A stretch of DNA of 64,000 nucleotides, taken from Hydrolagus colliei. Lineage: Eukaryota. Of the stretch, positions 52,113-64,000 are shown one piece after another. Positions within the stretch are counted from its first letter, which is position 1. Each line of letters starts with the position of its first letter. The notes beneath the pieces are model-generated. The model ran no database searches, was not told the DNA's origin, and saw only the letters and a list, made by a program, of their open reading frames with translations. The DNA lies in NCBI GenBank assembly GCA_035084275.1, contig CM068759.1:5270001-5334000 (forward strand), given 5' to 3'. A program made the translations under genes and the position numbers.

Positions 52113-53489
52113 CAACATATCAAAGTTGCATTCCAGCCTTAATTTGTCAGGAATGCATGAGACAATAAATGGTTTGTATACTGTTGTTAGAATTTAATCT
52201 AAATCCAGAGTTCTTCACTGCCACATAATCTCCTATTGATATAAAGGACTTTCCGGCGCTAATAAATTTGCAGCTGTTTTATAATGTGCAAAAGATCTCA
52301 GGGTGTTTAAAAGAAATCGAAGGCCATTGATAAAGATCTTGCCAACCTGCGCATGACATTCTCCCGAATTAAGTAAAATGGGTGCATTCCACCAGGGAGA
52401 GAGTGTGCTTGCCATTCCAGACAAGGCAGCTTGCCACGTATGGATGGTGTACGTTTGTGGAACTCAGTCCGGTTTGGTGATGGGATAAGCACGGTGATGG
52501 GATTTCCGCATGTGTCAGACCCGCAAGAAAGTAGTTGTTAGTAAGGCATGAAATAACAAGTATTTGCCACGAGCCTGCAAAGCTATCATGTGGCATGGAT
52601 GAGTTCCTTCAGATAAAAAGTTCCTCATTATGATACAATCTATCTGAATGAAAGCATGTGCAACATGATAGAAATGTGATGCAATTCTTGGTGTTATATT
52701 TACATTCACAGCACTTCGGACTGCTTGCTTTAAATCTCTTCAGAGATACTAAGGGCAAAACTAATATGGCCAGTAATTCTACTTGCTCATGGAGCTGTGA
52801 GGTTGAATCTACCCTTGGCAAAGGAGGCAAAGATTTCTCCCTTTACTGATGTCTCTGAGAATTGAGTTGAATATTGATGGTCCAATCCAACCAGATGGAC
52901 TTTTGTCCTACATTTGGCAAATAATTCAGTAAATTTACCTCTGACAAGCTGTGAAGCTGCCTCCTTTCACTGCAGGAAGCAATTTGTTATGGTTTCCAGC
53001 ATGAAAGAGCTCAGAGCAGAAGGTTAGGATTACACTTTGGACTCTCGTTAGCGGGAGCTAAGCAGGACTGTGCACACGCAACACGAAGCACGTACGTGGA
53101 TCTCTGTTAATTGTTGTCTAGTTTTTAATGGTGTTAAAGAGATGTGTGTGCGAATGGTTCTTTAAGAAGATTAAAATGGTCCCTTAAACGTCACTGACCT
53201 GTGACTGAATCGATTTGCAAAGCCAGTATTTCTATTTCAGCAGTGCAAATCAATGTCCTGGGGCAACACCTCGTCCATGTGCTATCACGAGCTGGCTCCC
53301 GGCATAAATCACAGCACCTCAAACCCAATTTATATTGGTGCTTTTCATGGCAAATTGCTGAAAGCAAGCGTGCTCTAAAATAAGTAGATGTGGAAAAAAA
53401 ACACGTAAGTATTCAAATTATCTGCATTTGTCTAAAAAATGAAGTCACTAAACTTTGCAGTAAGCTTTGTTAACCTGCCTCTTCGACCG

Positions 53490-53640
53490 TGCATTCAGTC
53501 ACCCTCCTACCTCTACTCTCCCTGCCCTCCATCTCTCCTGATCCCAACCACTAGCTCGGGTCCAAATCCCTGATGCCTTGGGATGTCCTCCTAATGTGAA
53601 AGGCGCTTTGCAAATGTAATTTGTTATTGTTGTTGTTACC
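53490..53640 (+). mobile_element. L2 3' end
   Basis: ctcttcgaccgtgcattc (LFDRAF), C-rich UTR, and tail gtgaaaggcgctttgcaaat(ttg)n. Confidence 0.7.
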
Positions 53641-53899
53641 GTGCTTTGAAACATCCCGATGAGACAAGACATTTTCTCACATGGAGGGATTATTTTTGAT
53701 TCACTCTTAAAATTAAAGCCAACGGAAGATATACTAAAAATATATTAAAATGAGTCTCTAAGAATAATTGTTCCAGGACACTTTTTCTAAGTCAGGCATC
53801 ACTGTAATAACGCAATATCAATGACTTTTGAACCTTAGATGCTTAGAAATGCTACTATATTGGTTAGGGTGGAGTGGGGTGGGGAATCAACATTAATTT

Positions 53900-54200
53900 G
53901 AAGATTATTGGTCAGGTCATTGAGAGAAACTCCATTTGTTTTTCAAATAGTGATGAGTGATCTTAAACGTCCAGCTTGATTTATTGTCTTATCTTTAGGC
54001 TGATGCCTCTGACAGTGATGAAGCAAATTTGCAGGCTTAACTGTGAGCTCAAGTCCCAATATAGGTCTTGAATACCAACCTTCTCACCAATGGCCAAGAT
54101 TATCATCAACTAGGCCCAGAAAACAACAACAACAAATCACATTTCTATAGAGCCTTTTGGGTCAGGAGGACGTTCCAAAGCATCCCAAAGCACCTAAAAA
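53900..54200 (-). mobile_element. Degenerate DeuSINE plus adjacent tail
   Basis: gagaaactcc...ttcaaatagtg...gatcttaaacgtcca...gcctctgacagtg; (aac)n tail at 54120. Confidence 0.6.
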
Positions 54201-56519
54201 GCGAGAGTTTGGTGGTGGATACACTGCATGGCACATCCCCAGCAAACTGACAGCAGATTTCTCCACAGTTTGCATTGCAAATACTGTACCTTTGGGATCA
54301 ATGAGTGAGTTTCCTATGGAAAAAAAACTAAATAGATTGGACAGGGTAAGCAATCGATTGCTTTTAAAGCAAAAAACTAGAGATGGAATTTGGGACTTGA
54401 ATGACTTGACCATAAGAGTAGTTGAATGACTTGTTGTACAGTTTGTGAACTAGACTGGCAAAGGAAGCATGTAATAGAGCACAGTTCAATCCTAAAGAGA
54501 GTTTATTTACTGATATTTTTACCACAAAGTCTTTTGACCTTTCAGGAGCAGAGACAGGAAAAAATATCTGTGTGCGGATGGTATACATATGTGGATGACT
54601 CAGTCTCGTTTGAATACTCATAATCATGGTGATAGGTTTCTGAATGTATCAGACATTTTTGTGATTGATCAAAAAACAATTAGCAGAAATTCTACAGACT
54701 ATAAAGAGAGTGAAAATCGTATACTATGATTCCCTGTTCGGTCAGCACTGCGTTTGGATTCTAAAATTGAGCATCTTTGGATAAGGCATATTTCTCCCCT
54801 AGATTTTGCATTTTTACATTGGTTGATACGAGGATGAAAGATCACAGCAACCAATATTCTGTTCCTCTTACGTTCAGTTTCTTTTCATGAGTAGTAAGGA
54901 AGTTGCCTGCAGGGAACAGCAATGGTCTGCTTCTATGGAACATAAATTCCTGTTTCCCAGGCCCCTTTCAGCCCCACTGCCCCCACACCTCCCACACCAC
55001 ACCCCCTTGCCCCCCAATCCTATCCTCCCCCCCAACCCCGATCCACCACAACTAACAAAACAAACTTAGAGTAGAACACTGCAAGGACAAGGCATTCCAA
55101 AGAAACACTTTTATGATTTATTTTTGAGATTTTTGGAAATATTGCCCGTGCAGTTCACAGAAAAGTGATTACTCGCTTATTAAGACCAAAGAAACACCAT
55201 GTTTTGGCATTATTGTATATAAAATAAATAGTCATGCCATGAAAGGTAATGATTCAGTTGAAGCAGATATATTGGCCTATAAAGCTTTGAGTAAGAGGTG
55301 CTTGAATTCATGACAGCAAGACATTTTAACATTGTGTACACTATAATCCATCCAATACCTGCCATATTATTGTAATTGCAATCCCACTCCTAGCTGCTGT
55401 CATATTCCTTGAGGGCTAGATTTTAAGCTGATGCTATTATCAATCACAAGGCAAGGCCTGTCACACTTCCTGTTTCCCTGGCAGGAATTTGTTTCTGAAT
55501 ATCGCTGTTGTTTCATCAGCCTTGTCAGTCCTTGAAATGACCTTAGTTTAATTAACTGCATCTTGATGAGGAAATCTACATAGAATGTGAAGGTTAATTA
55601 ATGATGAATCAGTTCTTACTCTAAGACCATCACTGAATGGCTGACAGCGAATCTACCATTTAGAATATAACCCAATATCTCATTATAAATGGTCGGCAGG
55701 CTTTGCACTCCCGCTTCAGCCAAGGGAAAGATCACATTCTATTAACAAAGAATGTTTGTGGTGGCTGTTGCATAATTTTCTTCGATAAATATACAACGGG
55801 TCGTCTTAAATTAATAAATAGGCAGTTTAAAGAATACGGTAATTATAATAAACCCACATTTCACTTGCTTCACTGATATTCTAAATCATAACATTATGGT
55901 TTCAATCAGGAGGAAGTATGCAAAGCACACGTTACTGCATTCTATTAACAATATGCTAATTCTTGCAACCAGGACCATTTAATTTTCGAAGCACTAGCCG
56001 TTTCTCAGCGCAACCACCAATTCATCTAGATATACAACCTGTTAAAAACCTTTAACCTGTCCCGGGTAGAATTAGCTGGTAGTGAAGCCATATGCCAGAT
56101 GCTCTCATGTTCAAACCCAGATAACTCACTGTTTGGATTTTTGTTGTTGTCATTACATTGTGGGATAATGACCTTGCTGTTGTGTGTTTATCAGACATTT
56201 CCAGGAATTCCGACTGGTGTCTGTTGACCCTTTTGACTTCGCAGGAGCTTCTCTGCTGAGAAGTAATGACAGTTCTGAGGCTGGGTCAAACAGGTACATT
56301 TATCAATTGTTTCAGCTCATACCTGACCTGAGTCCTTTATGGATAATCAGAATTGAATAAATGTTTCAAGCTGTGGTTCTTTTCATTCACTTCCCGTAAG
56401 TATTTTTTACACACCAAATATATTATAAAAAGCTTGCAAAATATTCCTTCCCCTATTAAATTGTTTAGCTTTGATAGTTGGCCAGATTTTATTTGGAAGT
56501 ATTGTAATCCTTAAAATAA

Positions 56520-56635
56520 ATATAATAATAATAATAATCCTTGCATTTGATATAGTGCCTTAACACATCTTTGAGATGTCTCAAATAGCTTCACAAAATA
56601 TACTGGTAAAGTGAGTTGACTGTATATTTTATGGG
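56520..56635 (-). mobile_element. SINE 3' tail
   Basis: (aat)n ccttgcatttgatatagtgcc...gagatgtctcaaa. Confidence 0.8.
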
Positions 56636-56884
56636 GTTGTGCTGCTGTAACCCTTTTAATACAGACCACGGATATCCTTGGATCCAGTCGAATACAAATG
56701 GATGTAAATCTCAAATGCCCTGCAGTTCCTTAATTAAACAATAGTAGTATTTTGCTTAAAGGACGGTGATTGTAGTCAAATTTAATCACCCTGAATTAAA
56801 GCAGATGAAACCAGGGATTGTTTTTAAGAGGAGATGACTAATATATTAGCATAAGTTAAGCAGAGTCTCTCACTCAGTTCCCAG

Positions 56885-57185
56885 TCTATACATTATAAAG
56901 CGATAGAGGAAATGGACTGGCTAGAATCAGCTCGGGGGTACGGAGAGGTGGTGGTGGGGGGCAATGTGGGGGGAAACCTGGGAGAGACCGAGCCAGGAAC
57001 AGCTCAGTAACCAGGTATGGGTGAGCGAGTCTGGGAGTGACCATATCCCCAATGGTCAGCAAGAGGGTGACGAGGATCTGAGAGAAACAAGGAGAGGAGA
57101 CAGGGTGCGGAAAGTGTCCAGGGTAGAAGAAACCACTGGCCCCGATGTGACCCCAGGCCTGGCCAGTGAAGCCACTCGCCTCTAG
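56885..57185 (+). mobile_element. Putative non-autonomous Helitron-like element
   Basis: Starts TCTATACATTATAAAG; ends with the hairpin ggccagtg-aagc-cactcgcc then tCTAG; GC-rich body in AT-rich flanks. Confidence 0.45.
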
Positions 57186-57719
57186 GAACTGACTGATTGT
57201 GAAGCCACTCATTTCCAAACCTATAAAATCGATAAAATTTCCATTTAACATATTTAATCTTTGACAGGATGGTGTCAGGGTTCTGTTTAAGGCTGGTTGT
57301 GAGGACATGAACGAATTGGCAAATTCTTAAACGCAGCTTCAATTTTGTTGTACCCTGTTTTCTGTAAATTGACAGGAAATACAGAAAACTGGCTTGAAAG
57401 TTAAGATTGAATTCAATAATTCTCCAAATTCTGAATGTGATAATAGCTATGTAAACAGGGTAAATCCAGACTCGGCTGAAATTACTCCCGAATCATGAAT
57501 AGAATAAGCCTGCAAGGTCAGTATAATTAGGGGTCAACATGATAAAACTGATTTTGCGTGTTTTTTAATACTTTTTAAAACGTATTTTGAAATCACAGCC
57601 ACGTTAATACCTGAGGGCAATTTCAATTGAACAAATGGCGGTGGAGGGGGGTGGTGTGAGGTTGAAAACCACTCTCGCAAACAAACACATCCACTTTGAG
57701 TTGCATTGAAGACTTGACC

Positions 57720-57750
57720 ATATATATATATATATATATATAGATATATA
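57720..57750. repeat. (TA)n microsatellite
   Basis: Direct reading. Confidence 0.9.
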
Positions 57751-58104
57751 CATAGCTAATGTTTTCTTGGGACAATGAAGCAGTTTGTGTTAATTCAATT
57801 TCCTCACTGCATGTATAACAAACTTGACTGGAAGGAAACAAGTGTTCCAGAAGGTATAGTGGAGATTTGATTTTTGACAGTGTTCAAACATAGCATTGTG
57901 CAGGTCAGGAAAAGGGACAGTACGACATTAGATGAATTCGATTTACTTGTTCTCATCAACTGTTGTCATTTTGACTCGGATATTTGACTAAACCAATTAC
58001 ATGGGCCCCATTTTTTTCCGAAGTATTTTGACTGTAACTTTGGATTCAGCCCTGTTATTGTCTGACTGTAAGTTTGTTCCATGGGTAACAGCATCTCTCT
58101 AGTG

Positions 58105-58335
58105 TTTGTTATGTAGCCATTCTTCATGTCATTTTGTGGACTAAGCAACAGTGAGATATTAGACCGTGGTTACTATCGACAGAATTTCTCCTCGACATCC
58201 AAATCCAGATTGGGATCTTTGATGTGCCTTTTTCCCTTCCCCGATAGGCCAGTAACACTGAGACTAATTCCTCAGCCACCCAACCATAAAGTCAGCTAAT
58301 CCACCAATCGAGAATTAAAATCCTGGAACCTGATC
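58105..58335 (-). mobile_element. Ancient SINE relic, AmnSINE2-like
   Basis: Minus strand reads ttagctgac, aattagtctcagtg, ggggaagggaaaaa, ccacggtctaata, ctcactgt, acatgaagaatggctac, colinear with recalled AmnSINE2. Confidence 0.5.
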
Positions 58336-58495
58336 TGAAAGGGACGGTGTCACTCCATTCAATCCTATTTACAGAAATTATAGACACTGAGTTCAAAGGA
58401 AACTTCCCTACCATTGTCTGAGACTTATTTTTCACAGGTGGGAATTGACACACTCGTGGGGAATTGTGTAAGATGCCATCAATCAAGAAATTAAA

Positions 58496-58498
<3 letters not shown>

Positions 58499-58527
<29 letters not shown>
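58499..58527. repeat. (AT)n microsatellite
   Basis: Direct reading. Confidence 0.9.
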
Positions 58528-58530
<3 letters not shown>

Positions 58531-59014
58531 TATCTTGATATAGGTAACATGTAATGCTATTTGAAAGGAAACTTATATTGAGCATGGCAAAAATTACGTT
58601 TCAAAACATCTGCTGCATTTTCTATTGCTAGTGACATATGTGAAAAAAGGGGGAGTCAGTGTGGTAGTTCCATATATGCAAAGAAGAACACTGTGAACTC
58701 AATGCAATAGGCAAGATGCTTTCAGCTTGGATTTAAAATTATTCAGATTTGCAGTAAACAAAGGGCGGGGAAGCTGCCAGCGCGAATAGCGAGCTGTCAG
58801 ACAAATTGAGTGAAGGTCACACAGAGCCCCAGCAGCCAGTGCAAAAAGTGTTTATTCCTCAGACTGAGTTTGAAGCAATTCACCAGGAAACAAATCAATG
58901 ATACGGAGAAGAGTTTAGTAACAAAGGATATTCACCCAGAAGCAATCAGCAGTTTTGAAGCTGAGAGATAAGAGCGAGTGCACAGTGGATATATGCGGAC
59001 AGCGGAGGAAAAGG

Positions 59015-59985
59015 CTTGAAGAAAGCTGAATTTTAGCAAGCTGACTCTAAGAGTATGAGAAAACACTTGACGATTATCTATAGGGAGGAGTTGTTAGAGG
59101 GAAAGCATGTGGAAGGAAAGTGGGGACGGTTCGTGGAGAGAGATTTAACATTAAAAATGCATGTATACTTGATACATAGCAGTGTGGCAATGGGGAGAGA
59201 GTGACGTTGACAGAAAGATAAAGCCATGAGAGATAAAGGCTGAGCTTGACAAGTTATGGAAGGCGTTCAGAGGAGAAAAAATGCAAGTTTACTAAATGTG
59301 CAAATGATAGGGACATTTACAAAGACAGGCTGAGGGGTTGTAAAGAATTTAATCATGGCCACAAGGAGGATACATAAGCTATAATATAAAGTGGAAAAGT
59401 AAAGCGAGAAAGAGGCGGAATTTAAATGAGAATCTGAAATGCAGTTATTGTCCCTGTTTCTGTTTATTATAATCTATTATATGAATTTGAGGCCGGATGT
59501 TTCAAAGGCCTTAATGTTTATAGCTGGGCAACAGGGGTTAGTTTCAGCCTCAGACTATGCTGTTTGGTGGAGCTCTTTGGGTTTTAAAGAGGACAACTCA
59601 GAGGAGATCTTATAGAGGTGTTTAACATTTTAAATTGGATTGAAAAGGTAAATCAGGAACAGTACTTTGGGACGCATCAATTCAGTAGAACAAGAGACAA
59701 AGGTTTAGAGTTGCAAAAGCCAATTTCAGAATTGATAGAAAGACGTATTTCTTTACCCACAGGTTAATTAATAAACTGTTCCCCCAATGTGAAAGGTGGT
59801 ATATAAGTATAAATTGTATGAGATTAGCAACTGGAATAGGAATGGTGTTGAGGCTAAGACTCTGAACTCATTCTTTTTTAAAAGAAAGCTTGATGCTGTG
59901 ACGGAGTATGGTAGAGTGGGTGTTCTGAAAGGAAGAAATCAGATGGGTCAAAGGGCCTTCTTCATCTGAACTAATCTTGTGATAA
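59015..59985 (+). mobile_element. CR1 LINE, decayed and internally deleted
   Basis: KLNF*QADSKSMRKHL..EELLEGKHVEGKW (linker region); LRGDLIEVFNILNWIEKVN..SRTR..FR.D..YFFT (ORF2 C-terminus); 3'UTR gatgggtcaaagggccttc. Confidence 0.85.
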
Positions 59986-62487
59986 CTTTACTTGGATAGA
60001 GTGGACGATGGCTGCTTGAAGATGGCCCTTTCAATTTCTTATGCGTATTTACTGAATTATGTTCAATTTCAAATTGTCGTTGCACCAATCCATCCAGAGG
60101 ACGTCTGACTCAAACCAGCAATTTTCCAATTACCCTAAAAATTCGACATTGGAAGATTTAATAAAACAACTGGTCACAGACTCTGTAATTGATGCCAACT
60201 TTAAGATTATAATGTTTCCCTTTTCACGAGCGTAGGGGGAATAATGTTTTAAAAATCATTATTTCAGAGAAGCAAAATTTATGACAAGGCTAATACATGT
60301 AAATAAGGATTTAGTTTAGAGTTTGATTGTGATCATTTAATACAGGCTGATATTACATAGCAACCGCAACATCAAAGGCACAGCTTAATTTTGATTTATG
60401 GATAAATAATATATCCAGTTATTGATCAATTTAAAATGGTTCCTGCCATTTTCAGCATTTTGTCAAATTATTAAATAGTTTTAGCACATTTCCTCCAGTA
60501 ACATAATTTTTTTCTCTCTCCCTTTTAAACATAGAAAGGGGTTTATTGCTTTAACTGTGAATGTCTGGTTCATTTTATTTCAGCTCCTGATCTCTCCATA
60601 TTACTGCTAACAAGAAGGTCAAACGGCTTAGTTGATTGCCAATAAGATTCAGTGTTTTCGCCCCCATAATATACAGTATTGTCAGAATGAATAAAGGAGT
60701 GTTTCACTGCAGTTCACTGGTAAATGTGGGAAAATGATGAGTCACTTCAGCAAAAGTAAAGTGATTTGTGTATTAGCTGACAATCTTTCAGTGTACAGTA
60801 AATCACACTGCAAATCAAAAAACTAGGATGAATGCATTACTGACAATGCTGGGTGACCACCCATTAGACATGGATTCAGTTTAATTCTGATTTAATATTC
60901 GTCCGCTTCCAGTGGCACATTGAGGTGACGTTACAACTAGATTACAGATGTGGTTTTACTGGATCTGACTGCGCTACGGAAAGGCATCCCGTTCAAAAAA
61001 CAAAACGCGTCCACATTTAACGTCCCGTTAAAAAGCTATGTGACACTGGACACAAACGCTGCATTTTGTTAATCCAACAAGTACCAGCACAAGAGCATTT
61101 GGGAATATTGAGTTTAGTGGAAGGGAGGGGGATGGTAGGAGTTCAATTGTCAAACATTTGTCAGTGCTGTTATCCTTTGGGCTGCACCTGGAAAGATGTG
61201 TCAGAGAATAAAACACAAAGACAAAGTATCAGGGCAACATTTAACAAAATACACACATTACAGTACTGTATGCCAGGTAAAATCACATTGTCGTCATGAA
61301 AACGTTCACTTTCCTGAACATCTCCAAGCAAGTGAAGCAGAATTTACGAAAATCCTTTTTCGTGAAAGCCAAGCCCGTTTGAAAAGGCTGATAGATATAT
61401 CCCGGAAAATTTGATTTCATTTGAAATAAGCCCAAGGCTGCTCTGATAACGGAATCCGTTCCCGTCATACAAGTCGTCCGAATGAATCATTTTGCACCTT
61501 CAACGTTCACCAGGCAATAATGAAGCCCCTGGAGGATGAAAAGAGGACCCAGGTTACATGTATGTCTTGGATGGCAGTATGCCCAGCTGGCAGTGCAGAA
61601 TAGCCAGGTTATAAATCTATCTCAGGCATACAATTATCCCCACGTTAACAAGTAATATTGAGAGTCTGCTGTTACTGCTCTTGTCTCAGCTGATGAGTCT
61701 CTCAAGATTTGCAGAACAGAAAAAACAAAACAAAGCTCCCTTCCCTTTGGGTTGCGAAGAAACTGAAAGAAAAAGTTGAATAGAAAATGTTTGGGGGTTT
61801 CACTGCATGTTTGAAAGGTAGCGTGTTGAATTGGAAATTGAATACCTTGTTCGAATCAGGCAGGAGGAAAAGAACCAGCTCGGTTCAATCCTCACGTTGC
61901 TTATCCACTGACAACGATTGTTTTCGGCCGTGGTGATTTTCCAGGCGTGTTTGTGGTTACTGTACCACTAAGGCCAGGCAGAAAGAGGTCATTGACCGTT
62001 TACCATTGCACGCCCTCGAGGCTTAATGCCTCTGAGCACATCTTGTGTTAACGGGAGATGGTGTGCCTGTAATCGGTTTTCCGCATTAAAGCCACAGAAC
62101 GGAGTTAAAAACAACGCAAAGTAGATTTTAACAACATTCCTATGCATGAAATATGCTAGCTGGTTGCACAGAAATAACTGGAGTCTTGTGCCCTGTGGTA
62201 TTTATTTGACCTGCAAACAGGGGACAGGATTTTATTTTGTTATTTTATACACATAAACCTATTTGGTCCAAATGTTCAGCCCTGGGGTAGGATGTAAGTA
62301 CTCGCCATCAGTGCTGACGGCTCCCATGATTTGATGCATTCATAAATCCAAAGTCTGCAGTGAGCTTTTTATATTTGAATAAACAGGTCAGCTTGGTCAG
62401 AAGTAAATAGCACGGACATCCTTGCAGATAAGGATGAGGCTATGCACCCTCTGAATGAAATACTGTCCCTTCGATGCACACAAAAAA

Positions 62488-62626
62488 ACTGCTGTGCGTA
62501 ATTTGCTGCCGCATTTCACCCCAAAATGTACCATCAATTCACTTTACCGTATATTCTGTGAAGCCCCTTTGTGATGTCTCAAACGATATGATAAGGCACT
62601 GTATCAAACACAAGGATTATTATTAA
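62488..62626 (+). mobile_element. SINE 3' half
   Basis: ctgctgtgcgtaatttgctgccgcatttc...ataaggcactgtatcaaacacaaggattatt. Confidence 0.8.
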
Positions 62627-62696
62627 TAGACTGCCACACTCCACTTCTATTACATTGGCTGCATGGAATTGAAATCACGGGGTAAGGGGTTCCTTA

Positions 62697-62945
62697 ATCA
62701 CAAGATCACAAAATTAGATTGAATGGAGTAGGTCTTCAACCCATTTGCTCTTATCCTTCCAGAATACGCAACCTACTGTCCTCCCATCACACCACCAAAC
62801 ATTTGTTTTAAGTGAGTTCGGTATCCAAACATCAAACACCTATCATGCTAACTTGTTTCAATCTTTAATTAGTTTACCGTCTGGGCAAGAAAATACTTCA
62901 TGGTTTCTGTCCTGAAATTGCTCTTTGCAACCTTGATAAGCAGGA
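62697..62945 (-). mobile_element. CR1 3' fragment
   Basis: Reverse counterpart of 59700-59985 (atcacaagat tail; aaatacttc...tgtcctgaaattgc). Confidence 0.65.
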
Positions 62946-63066
62946 ATTCTTTTATTGCACAATTTGGATTCCTTGTCAAATCTTGTTCTTTTTTTTAAAA
63001 AAAGTCACAAATTAGATCTTGTTATTCCATACATGTAAAATATGAGTTACATCACACTTTTTAAAA

Positions 63067-63380
63067 ATTAATCCTTGCATTTGATATAGCGCTTTTCACA
63101 TCTTATCGACGTCCCAACGCGCTTCACAGAATATACTGTAAAGTGAATTGACTGTATATTTGTGGGCGAATCACAGCAGCCAATTGCGCACAGCAGTGTC
63201 CCACAAACAGTCATGGATTGAAATGACCAATTTTATTATTGTGGTTTTTTTTGGATGGATTATTATTAGGCGTGTGGAGTAAGGAAACTTGCCCAAGGTT
63301 TCGCCCTGACCTGCCTGGATTCGAACACAGAGTCTCCACAGCTTGCAAGACAAGTGCTCTAACCACTAAGCCACAGGAGC
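63067..63380 (-). mobile_element. Full-length tRNA-Ala-headed SINE
   Basis: Minus strand reads gcttagtggttagagc, cttgcaag, gttcgaatccagg, ccttgggcaagtttccttactccacacgcc, then a CpG-retaining tail. Confidence 0.9.
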
Positions 63381-64000
63381 TGCTATTTGTAATTAGTGAT
63401 GAATAAGATAAAACTCCTCAAACATGTGCTCTGAACTCTTTCACATGGAGAATTCCAACAAAGCTTGTTTTATAAATAATAACTGCTGTCTCATTGATGT
63501 TTCATTTTGAACATTAACATTCATTAATGAGATATTTCATTAGTCATGGTCTATTACTGAGTTGATTCCATTCATCAGGGGGGAAAAAAACCTCCACATA
63601 CACTTGTCACTGATGGCTCTGTGGTTCCACAGAGTAAATGTTTGCCGATAACGAGCATTGAAATAAACCTGGTGTCATGGGGGGGGGTGTTCAAGAAGTA
63701 ATGGCGATAAACTGACATAAAGGCACTTGATTGCATCTGTGACCTGGATCGTAGAGCCTCCTTCATCTGGCCTGAGCGAGTGATCATATCATCTCATGGG
63801 CCTGTGATCTTGCAAACGTCATCCCGTGATTGATTTCCCCTCACGCCAATATCAAAAGACAATGGCAAGGCAACCAGGAATCCTAGGGAATATTTCCTCT
63901 GTTTACTCACACTCACCAACAGCCAGCTTAGTTGGTTAATGAACCCATTGCAGATTGTGGGACGTGACTGATGCAGATTATCTCCCATGTTTGCCTTCAA

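Noticed and set aside
52310-52375. KSKAIDKDL peptide reminiscent of a G-alpha N-terminus
   Set aside because: Flanked by stops, poor splice acceptor, no continuing similarity
57357-57389. 10-bp inverted repeat
   Set aside because: AT-rich and short enough to occur by chance or as MITE debris
63954-64000. Possible exon start reading LWDVTDADY (WD40-like)
   Set aside because: Too short, truncated by the window edge, and the motif is easily matched by chance

Overview
AT-rich, CpG-depleted vertebrate non-coding DNA. I could not recognise any protein-coding gene, rRNA, intact tRNA or CRISPR array. The ORF track is noise, except where ORFs overlap decayed LINE ORF2. The repeat content points to a cartilaginous fish, probably an elephant-shark-like genome (inference). 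It comprises dozens of tRNA-derived SINE copies sharing an L2-type 3' tail, L2 3' ends and CR1 remnants with (ATTCTATG)n tails. The SINEs fall into two architectures: tRNA-Ala head plus CORE-like block, and SacSINE1-like DeuSINE. There are also Tigger/pogo-like remnants and old AmnSINE2-like relics. The most notable items are four. (1) A ~227-bp foldback DNA element with internal telomere-like repeats and an 8-9-bp TSD, inserted in a CR1. (2) A ~300-bp GC-rich insert with Helitron-like ends. (3) A tail-to-tail SINE fusion forming a pre-miRNA-sized hairpin. (4) Modular SINE families sharing one L2 tail. The window is probably intergenic or a large intron. Family names come from recalled consensus sequences, not database searches, and most repeat boundaries are approximate.
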